Part shown: positions 53,770-64,000 of the stretch, in pieces
Numbering within the stretch: position 1 is the stretch's first letter
Layout: the number at the start of each line of letters is the position of its first letter
Assembly: GCF_009914755.1 (NCBI RefSeq)
Contig: NC_060948.1
Reading direction: 5' to 3' (one strand)
Source: the human T2T-CHM13v2.0 reference genome, Homo sapiens
DNA: 64,000 nt
Program-made: the position numbers and the translations under genes
The notes under the pieces: model-generated
Told to the model about the DNA's origin: nothing
Database searches by the model: none
The model's input: the letters and a program-made list of their open reading frames with translations, nothing else

Positions 53770-54170
53770 TAGAAAGGAAACCCAAAATGTCCATCCCACC
53801 CAAAAAGCAGTGAATAAGCTAGCAAAAACAATCAGAATCAACTTTTTCAGAACCACCAAATGTAATAAAAACTTACAGAAACCAGGGGAGTGGTTATTGA
53901 AGAAAATAATAACAGCTGAGTCTTGGTAAAAGAGCTTTGTGGCATTTTTATTTACTTTGGTACCATCCTCTACTACTCATTTTGGTGATGACCTTGAAGA
54001 AAATAGACTGCATTCTTGGAAGAAATTTTTAGTACTGATTTTCTAGTAGTAGAGGGAAAAGTACTATCCCATTCTCAAAGAATTATTGTTGTTTGTTTTT
54101 ATCTAGCCAACTTGGAACTTTCTCAGAGCTGGATATACTACTTGGGTTGAAATTGGTCAACAACTGTTCA
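53770..54170 (+). mobile_element. Old L1M 5'UTR fragment
   Basis: 'aatcaactttttcagaac...cagctgagtcttggtaaaagagctttgtggcatttt'. Confidence 0.45.
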
Positions 54171-54821
54171 AGGTGAGATTTGAGGCAGAGCAAGATGGCA
54201 GAATAGAAGGGTCCATTGATTGCCTCTCTTGCAAGGACACCAATTTAACAAATATATACACAAAATAAACGTTCATAAGAACCAAAAATCAAGTGAGCAC
54301 ACAGAGCACCTGTTTTTAACTTTGTATCACTGAAAGAGGCAGTGAAAAGGTAGGTAAAAAAATCTTGAATAGCGAAAACACCACCCATTCACTATCCCCT
54401 GGCAGTGGTGGCATGGTGTGGAAACATTTTAGTGCACTAGGGTGAGGGAGATCATGGCATTTGTGAGGCATTAAACTCAGTGCCGTCCTATTATAACAGA
54501 AAAAAAAAAAACCCACACCAAACTCAGCTGATGCCCACCAAGGGAGAGAGCATTTAAAACAGCCCTAACAAGAGGGGAATTACCAATACCAGAAGTGGGA
54601 ACTCGAGTTCCCACATCCCTCACCACTGCTTGCTAAAGTGCCTTGGGGAGTTAAATAAACTTGAAAAGCAGTGTAGGCCACAAGGACTGAAACACCTATG
54701 GTGAGTCCTAGTACTGAACTGGGCCCAGAGACAGTGGACTGGAGGGGCATGTTACCTACTGAGACACTAGTTGGGGAGGCTAAGGGAGTGTTAGCATCAC
54801 CCCTCCCAAAACCCTAGGCCG

Positions 54822-55120
54822 GGCTGGGTACGGTGGCTCACACCTGTAATCCCAGCACTTTGGGGGCCAAGGTGGGTGGATCGCCTGAGGTCAGGAGTTT
54901 GAGATCAGCCTAGCCAACATGGTGAAACCTCATCTCTACTAAAAATACAAAAATTAGCCGGGCATGGTGGTGGGAGCTTGTAATCCCAGCTACTCAGGAA
55001 GCTGAGGCAGGACAATCCCTTGAACTCAGGAGGAGGAGGTTGCAGTGAGCCAATATTGCACCATTCCATTCCAGCCTGGGCGACAAGAGCGAGACTTCAT
55101 TTCAAAAAAGAAAAAGAAAA
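54822..55120 (+). mobile_element. AluS
   Basis: Full Alu; TSD AAAACCCTAGGC. Confidence 0.95.
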
Positions 55121-56502
55121 AAAACCCTAGGCTGCAGAACTCATGGCACCAAAAGAGTCTCCTTCTCTCCACTTGAGGAGAGAAGAGGAAAGAGGCGGGA
55201 GGACTTTGTTTGTATTTTGGATACCAGCAAAGCCACAGCAGGATAGGGCATCATCAGAGTTGTGAGGCCCCCTTTCCACGTCCTAACTCACAGACAACAT
55301 TTCTAGACACACCATGGGCCAGAAGGGAACCTGCTGCCTTGAAGGGAAGGAACCAGTCCTGGCAGGATGTATCACCTGCTAACTGAAGAGCCCTTGAGCA
55401 TTGAATAACCAGCAGTGATACCCACATACTATATATAGAGGGCCGTGAGTGAGACTCTGAGACTCGCTTCTTCAGGTAAGACTCAGCACTTTCCCAGCTC
55501 CAGTAGCTATGGGAAGACACTCCACCCACTTAAGAACAGCAGATAGAAAAGTAAAGCAGACTTTGCCTTGCGACTTAAGTATCAACGTGCCCACAATGGG
55601 GAAGAGCACTAGGCAGGCTCTTGAAGTCCCAAATTTTAGGACTCGGCTCTTGGAATGCATTTTTGGAACTGTCCTAGGACACAGGGGATCCCACTGCCCT
55701 GGAGGATGAGTTCCAGGCCAGGCAACAGTCACCACAAGCTGACTTAAGAGACCTTGAGTCTTAGGGGAACATCAGTGATAGTCTGGCAATTATCCCCATA
55801 GGTCTATGGTGGTGGTGGTGGTGCTGGCCATGAGATGAAGATCTTCTGCCTTTGGAAAGGGAACAGAAAAGTGGGAAGGACTGCATCTAGTGTTTTGAGT
55901 ACCAGCTCAGCTGCAGTACAATAGAACACCAGGTAGACTTCTAAGGATCTTGCCTCTAGTCCCTGGCTCCCAGATGGCAACTCTGGACAGACCTGGGGTC
56001 TAAGGGAAGCTGCCACCCTGAAGTGAGGACACAGATCTGGCTGGATTTGCCATATGCTGTTTTTAGACCCCTGGTGCCTTGAGCAAACATAGGCAGTAGC
56101 CAGTGAGCGATTACAGCAGGCCTTGGATAAGATCCCATGCTATGCTTTCTTCAGATCTGACTCAACACAGTCTCACTGGTGGTGACTACTGAGGTGCTTG
56201 TGTCACACCACCTGCAGCTCCAGGTGTCTCAAAAGAGAGAGAGAGAGACTCTGTTTGTTTGGGAAAAAGTAAGGGAAGAGAACAGGAGTCTCAGCCTGGT
56301 AATCTAGATAATTCTTCCAGATCTTATCCAAAACTATCAAGATGGAAACTCTACGAGTCTGTAAGAACCACAGAGTTACTGCAATTAGGATGCCTCCTAA
56401 AGAAGAAACAGTTTAGATGCAAGGATGGTTCAACATATGCAAATCAATCTACATGATACATCTGATCAACAGAATGAAGGACAAAAACCATTTAATAATT
56501 TT

Positions 56503-56859
<357 letters not shown>

Positions 56860-56999
56860 TCAATATCCATTTGTTATAAAAATCCTCAAAAAGCTGGGAA
56901 TAGAAGAAAATACTGCAACGCAATAAAAGTTATATATTATAGACCCACAGCTAGTATCATACTGAATGGAGAAAAACTGCTACATTAAGGTGCATTGGT

Positions 57000-57860
57000 G
57001 AGACTGTAACAATACTAACCTGATAGTAATCACTCTCCTGAATTTTAAAACAAAGTTTGGTGTTTACTGCTTTTGAACCTTATATACATGGAATCATATT
57101 TTATTTGCTCTTTTGTTTTCTAGGGTTTTTTTTTGGTTTCACAAGCATTCTTACTCATTGTTATGCTTGCCAGATTTATCTGTGCAGCTCTGTATAGCTG
57201 TAGATGATTAATTCTTGTTACCTTGTGTGTATATTCCATTGTGAATATACTATAATTTATATATCCAAACTGCTATTGATGAGTATTTGGGTGGTTTTCC
57301 ATTTGTGTTTATTATAAATAATACTACAATGAACATCATTGTATATGTTTTTTCATGAATATATATGTGCATTTTTATTGTAGGAATGGTTAGTTCTTAG
57401 GATGTACACATGTTAAGCTTTAGTAGATAATACAAAGTAGTTTAACAAAATGATTATAGCAGTTAATTCCTCCATTAGTGCTGTGTGAAAATTCCAATTG
57501 TTCCACTTACTCTTCAATGCTTCATCTTCGCTGCCTTTTTTTTTTTTTTTTTAGCCTTCTTTTTGGGATTATAATAGTATTGTATGGTAGATTTAATTTG
57601 AGTTTTCCTGATGACCAATAAAGTTAAACACCCTTTCAATATGTTTACTGGTGATGCAAATATCCTCTTTAGCTTATTTTTCTATTAAATTATCTGTTTT
57701 TTGCTTATTGATTTGTAATAGTTCTTTATATTATCCAGATATTAGTCATTTGCAATATGTGTGTTGCAAATATCTTCTCTCATTTTGTGTTTTGCTTTTT
57801 TATTTCCTTAAGGTATATTTAAGTAAAAAAAAAAAAAAACATTCAAATGTAGCTACATTT
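57000..57860 (-). mobile_element. Old L1M fragment
   Basis: Antisense L1 3' region ('tattccattgtgaatatac','gatttaatttgagttttcctgatgacc'). Confidence 0.55.
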
Positions 57861-60369
57861 ATTTAGTTTCAAGTAAGATACAGTATATGGTGAAAGGCCC
57901 AAATTCCTATTGGAACAATTGCATACATCAAATAAGGTACAAATGTCATATTTTAAAAGGCATTGAAGCAATGGGTATGATAAACAAAAAATTCAAGAGA
58001 GAGGGAAAATAATTATTCTGAGGTGAGCTGATAATTGACTCCCATATCTCCCATCCTCCATCCTCCCTCTGACAGGCATTTGCTATTTCCCATTGCAAGT
58101 TGTAGATCAGGCTTGGTCCAGGATTTTTTTTTTTTTATAATTTTATAGTAAGACAAACTCTTACTCACTTAAACAAGGAACTATGTCTAAGGGTTAAATA
58201 TCAGTATAAAAATATTTGCTGTTTTTATCTTTTCTCCAAATAAATGTGAAAGTGTAATATACTAATATACCTTGACTATAACAGCAAAATACTTTATTTG
58301 AGCAAGTAATAGTGTGCCATGGTAGTGTAAGTAGGCTTTTAATAAGTTACTCTATAACATGATTATGGGAATTAGGTTACATTAATACATTTACACAATA
58401 AACTACATTTTACAGTAGTTTGAATTTGAAATCTGTAAATCTGCAACCAATATCGTCAACGTGGTCTTAGGTTCATTGTGCCTTTCTTATTATATGAAAA
58501 TGTTTAATAGCACTTCAGTCTCTGAAAATTAGAGTAGACAATTGAAATTTAAGTAAATAATCCATAAAAGTACACTAAACCATAAGTTTCTACAGACACA
58601 AAATTACGGCAGAAGGTCCTATACATAAGACAGAATCTCCTACATTGGAATTGACTTTTATTTCTATTTAACAATAAAAATAAAATCATAGCTTTAAGTC
58701 TAATTAGAATTATAAACTTTTTTGCTTTCTAATTGCATTTGGAATTTACTAAGCAGTTTCTTAGTAGGGAGATTTTAAGTGAATTAAGTCATAAATTTCA
58801 AAGGTATAATGAATTTCATAAATATAAATGCAAAATGAAAATGAAGCACCATTATAGGTATTTTTAAAAATAAGAAAACTTTTTTTAATAGAATAACTTT
58901 GTCATTCTAAATAATAACTTTTAATATAACTTGATTGTGAGTCATTTGTATAAGTGCCATGTATAAACAAACACACATATTGTCATTAAAAAGCACTCTA
59001 ACAATGGTACTACTGCAAATGGTAATTTCAGGAACTGGAAAACTTGTCACGACAATCAACAATTTCAACTTCTTTGTTAATTTTGATTTAATGCCATAAA
59101 AATTAGCAGAGAGTTTATAGCCCTTTTGTTATTTTTGAATAGTTACTAGCAGTTAGCAGCAAATATCTTCTTTTTTCCCACCTGCCTCACAAATTGAATA
59201 TTTCACAGAACTGAACACTCTCATGAAGATTATACAAAAGTTTTTGGAGGATTGAAATTGTGTGGGACTCTTTTGAGAGTGATCAAGAGATGACATGAAA
59301 AAGTTGCATGTCTGTTCTTACTCACAGCAGTTACCATAAAAGATGGCATGAAAACTCTCCAGAGAAACAAAACCTTTTCATCCAGCTCAATGGCTTAAAA
59401 AATGTCAGGGAGTTTTCTATCTATTTCCATCCAAGTAATTCAACATAGCATATTTTAAGCATGAAAGACTAAAACAAATGGGTGAAAGTGATGTTTTCTT
59501 TGCATCTGTCTTAAAATTCAATGGATTTTAAGAATCATAAAACTGCTTTATTTTCAGACACCATTTATTCCTTCCCTGCCATGGGGGGATACTGCTATGG
59601 AACAGTGTGTACTGCTGGAAACTTTTTGATTGACAGTTAGAATCTGGTGACTTTTTAAACTCTTCAAAAGTTAAAGCAAAGCATGCGTTAAATTTTGCTT
59701 GCAAAAAGGTCAATCCCAGAGATATTTTTAAAAAATCCACAGACGTTCTTATTTAATAATTCATAATAAGCCTTTTTTTACCTTTTCCATGAATTACATT
59801 TTTAAATTTAATTTATATTTTAAATTAAATTTTAATTTAAATTTTAAATTGACATTGAAATTTACATTTAAAAATTTTAAGTGCATGAGCACTTGCCTTG
59901 GCCAAAGTTTTATAAATTTGTTTTTCAATAATCATAATCAGTCATTTTCTCTATCATTTCTCTTTTTGTATCACTCATTTTCCCTAAAGTTTCAAGTAAT
60001 ATTTAGTTTTCTTACATCTGTAAAGAAGAACTAAAAAGGAAAAAAAATGCTGATTTGTTGGAAATGAAGTACTTCCAAGATATCAGTTATATGCTGCTAT
60101 CTTATAAGAAAAGATATGTTTTATTTAACAAAGGTGCAATAGAAAATATTCATTCCCAGGTACTTCTGGCCAGCCATGCACATGGACAAAATGGGTTTTA
60201 CTAGCAAGAGGCAGCCATCTGTCAAAATGTAGGTGTTTGATGTTGGAAGTCAGGCTAGGGAAACAGAACACTGATAGTTTCTGCTACAATAGACTTTTGA
60301 AATTGGAATAACTGCTAAAGTGTCCGTAGATCCACCAAGTGGGAGTTATCAGGAATGTAGCCTGAAATA

Positions 60370-60480
60370 GTTTCCCCATTGGTAAGAAAGGAGAGGGAAA
60401 CTACTTTTCAGGGTTGTTGTGAGGATTTAATGAAATGGCATGCCAGAAGTTCCTGGAACAAGGCAGTCAATAAAATTTAG
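60370..60480 (+). mobile_element. MIR fragment
   Basis: 'cagggttgttgtgaggatttaatga...caataaa'. Confidence 0.55.
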
Positions 60481-61189
60481 ATTTCCAACCCTTTTAAGTT
60501 CTAACATTAAACATTCTTCTTTTCACTTATCAAGTAGATACTAATATTTTATTTTTGCAACTCAGTTAATGAATGCTAGTGGTACGGTTACGGTAAAGAT
60601 ATAATTCAAGAAATTTGCTGAATAATCGCAACATTTTGTAGCTAAATAAAACAGATGTGGAGAATTATTTTTCCAATGTTGACTAAATAATATAAAGAAA
60701 AATAAGTGAATTAATATATAAAAATTAAATCTAAATTAAAATTAGTGTTTTATTTTATGCTAAAACATGAATTTTACAGAATATAATAATGCATCTCAGG
60801 TCTCCTGGAACTGTACACTATTTAAGAGCAATGAAGATATTTTGGAAGAGCCTAGGAAATTAATGTCAGTTCTCTCAGGGTACGGCATCCTATTCTGTTG
60901 TTTAGAAGAATACTAGAATTAAATAGAAGCATCATTATGTCACATCAAATACAATGTCAACGTAAGTGAAATCCCCCTTTTCATCCATACTTCTAATGGT
61001 GTAAGAGGATTCTGATGAAGATAGAAACTAATGCAATACAACTGGTGGTACATATAAACATAATTTGTTAGGTGTGCTAGGCATGGTAAACCTAACAAAT
61101 TTAAGCTACAATGTCTGAAGAAACAGTTTCCAAAGATTAAAAAAAAATAAATGTAACATTATTAGAAATTACTAACTAGAAAGAGATAT

Positions 61190-62310
61190 CTTTCAAGCTT
61201 TCAATCTGTATATTTTTAGGGCCGCTTAACCTTCTCTTACATGTCCCACATGCATTTTAAATTCAAGATGTTAAAACTAAATTTTTTTATACCCCAACAC
61301 TCCATCTCAGTGAAAGACACCAGTCTACATCTATGTGCTAAAACCAGAAACCTGGAAGTCATTCTTAAATTCTCCTTCCCCATCATCATCTCTCTCAACC
61401 AATCAATTACCAATTTATTTTAAACAAACCTCCTGAATACCCTGAAGAACCTTTAACTTTTCTACATTTTCAGAAACATCATCCTATCAGCCACTAACAA
61501 TCCTCAACTGGGCTATTGTAATGACCTCGCAACTAGTCTTTTTGTTTGTGTCGCTCCCTATAATTCATCCTCTAAAGCTTAGTTTGACACTGTATTCTGA
61601 GCACCTAGTGTCTGGCATATAGTAGTTTATCAATTGATATTTACTGATATTTGTTCAAATAATAAAAGAAGAAAACAAGAAAAAAATGAAATTTTGACAA
61701 ATTAAAAGGCAAATATGATTATTACTACATCTACTAAAAACTCCTCCATGACTTTTGATTACTCTCATGATTAAATCTAAATTCTATAACAAGTTCTATA
61801 GGCTTCTTAATAATCTTTGCATCATTTATCTGTTCAGTCTCTTCACTTGTCACTGTCCCCACCAATGACCCTCTGTATTCTGTATTCTTCACATTTAACA
61901 TCTTTCAGTTCTCTAACCGTGGCATTTTCTCTATTGTCTCTAAAACTCCACAGGCTGATTCTTCTCTCTGGAATACCATCCCCTCTCTGGTTCATGTAGA
62001 CAACTCCTGCTTACTCTTAAAACCACTCCTCTGCTCATTTATTTTAGTATAACTCACCTGCATGCCCCCAAGTCTTAGTTGAGAACCCCATTTCTATGGT
62101 CTCAAACACCTGCTATTCCCTGCATCTTAGCAGTTAGCATATAATATCCACCTGGATGTTTACATTTCTTCCTTATTTGCTAAATTTCCAAGAGCAGAGA
62201 CCATGTCTATTTTGTTTTTGGCTACATTCCCAAACCAAGGCACAGTGACTTACACCTAGCAGGTGCTCAGTAAGTATTTGTTCAATACGTGGATGAATGA
62301 GTGAATGAAA
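61190..62310 (+). mobile_element. L2 LINE
   Basis: 'ccagaaacctggaagtcattctt'...'gcaggtgctcagtaagtatttgttcaatacgtggatgaatgagtgaatgaa' terminus. Confidence 0.65.
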
Positions 62311-62371
62311 TTATATCATGTCTAGAGATCTTTCTAGTCCATTTTAAAGCTGACATTTCCAAGATAGTTGG

Positions 62372-62817
62372 TGTGGTAGATGTCATAACACATGACCTCA
62401 CCTCCTCTCATAAATAAAGGACTTATTCTGCAGCTGCTGGGACTGCTGCCAGTAGAAAATCCTCAGTAGTCATCCCCTTTGAGGATGCCTCGGCTAAAGA
62501 AGAGTGCCGGGAACAAGGTTATGCCCACTTCCCAAGATGATATGCAGCCAAATACTGATCCTTATAGGAGCATAAAGGCCTGCTTCTTGCCCTAATTCAG
62601 GGCAGCTCTGAAGGGTCACCCCATTTGCAGAACTCCATAGAGACTAAATTCAGTCATTCCAATCAGAATGCATTGCAGCTTTACCACTCCCTATTCTTTA
62701 TTTAACTCTCTTCACTTTCCTACCACAGGAATTGAATTGAATCTAAGAGCATTCTATAACAGAGTACTTCTAACCTCTGTCTCAGAGTCCATGTTCTAAG
62801 GAACCCAACCTGTGAAA
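62372..62817 (+). mobile_element. LTR16-like ERVL LTR
   Basis: 'cagctgctgggactgctgcc...cagctctgaagggtcacccc...ctgtctcagagtc...ggaacccaacct'. Confidence 0.6.
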
Positions 62818-62974
62818 GTTAGAGAATGGAGAAATTTAGTGTTTGTTAAAATTTCAATAAATTATTCTGATTATTTTTGTATTGATTATCTGCATTTGTC
62901 CCTGCCCCCAACCCCATTCCTATATCCATTATTTACCCCTCTCTGTTCTGGTCTTGACCCAGGAGACTGACCTT

Positions 62975-63390
62975 GGTGGAATTCAGGGTATGATACCTCA
63001 AAATATGGCACCTTGGCATTTGAGTCCTAAGACCCTCATTTAAGAGATTCTCTCTATCTGTCTGAAGGAAAGAAACATTCTTATCTCAGAAAACACAGGA
63101 ACATAAAGAAAAATGTGAACAAACAATCCTTGATAACTTCCCCCAAGCTAATTATCATTAGATTATAGCATTTAGTCTTCTAATTATATTTCTCCATGAC
63201 GATGCACTCTTCATCACTCTTCAAAAGGTTTACCTGTTTCTTTGGGTTTTTATGTCTAAGGATTCCTGTGTCACGTAAAACTTATATCAAATATATTTAT
63301 AGGTTTTTCTCATGTTAGTTTGCCCTTTGGTAAAGAAGCCTCAGACACAACCTAACATGAGAAGAAATGACATATTTCTTTCCTACAACA
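62975..63390 (+). mobile_element. ERV1 LTR (MER34/MER39-like)
   Basis: 'cctcaaaatatggcaccttggcatttgag' start; 'cctgtgtcacgtaaaacttata'; ends 'ttcctacaaca'. Confidence 0.5.
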
Positions 63391-63499
63391 TCCATGTCAG
63401 AATATGCTTCCTGCGCTACCTTGCTGGTCTTGTTCCCAGCTGTGTTAAGCCAGGGGAAGGCAGAAGCAAGAGATAGGATAATGAGAAAAAAGAGGCCGT

Positions 63500-63770
63500 G
63501 AGGGTCTTTTTTTATGTTTTCTGACATCAATTCTGACACAAAATATATGATTTTATTCTGACAACAAATAAATGTATTTTTCCACACCATTTCTGCAATT
63601 CTCCAATACCAACAAAGTGTTTGAAAATTCAATTCAATTCTCTCACTAACTTCTGTTAGTGGCAGTACCCTATGGGGCAGTAACCCCATAGGTTAAGCAC
63701 AGAGCTCTGTAGGAGCACAGAGCTCCTAAAACCAGAAACAAAGACCAAATACATTTTTTATTACACCACA
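63500..63770. mobile_element. MER21-like LTR fragment
   Basis: 'caattctccaataccaac...aattcaattcaattctctcactaac'. Confidence 0.4.
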
Positions 63771-64000
63771 GTATTTTTTTTAACCTGCTCCATTCTTGCC
63801 TCCATATTACATTTTTTAACAGGAGATGCTATTCTTTGAATTGCTCATTGCTTTACAGTTGTTCACTACAATCTGACTCCTGTTGGGCTTTGATACTACT
63901 ATACTATTCTCTCCTTTTTCCCCTTCTGGTTTAAGGAAAATAGTGTCTTCCTGCTGTTGCTTATCTTAGTAACTCAGCATTCCTAGTTGGTTCTATCTTG

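Noticed and set aside
59790-59880. AT-rich self-complementary tract
   Set aside because: Low-complexity sequence; symmetry is trivial
63315-63689. 124-aa ORF
   Set aside because: Spans junctions of LTR fragments; no recognisable protein

Overview
Primate (human-like) AT-rich, gene-poor genomic DNA dominated by interspersed repeats: Alu S/Y, L1PA/PB/MA/MC, L2, MIR, MaLR THE1/MST, ERVL MLT2/LTR16, ERV1-class LTRs, Tigger1/Tigger3 and MER5A. No intact protein-coding gene is supported. The listed ORFs are repeat-derived (L1 ORF2, Tigger transposase, Alu/LTR open frames) or chance. The standout element is a ~5.1 kb minisatellite at ~825-5935 with a 37-bp quasi-palindromic unit (GTCGTAAAATACCGACGTATATGTTATATTCGTCGGT). 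It is AT-rich yet very CpG-dense, shows internal higher-order duplications and two alternating unit types, fades into an AT-only simple repeat at its 3' end, and repeats a posterior-HOX/CDX-type motif (GTCGTAAAA/GTCATAAAA) many times. Elsewhere there are deep TE nests, two L1s with twin-priming 5' inversions, a full MSTA provirus, and two short insertions that look copied from nearby sequence. Subfamily names come from remembered consensus sequences and need RepeatMasker/Dfam confirmation.
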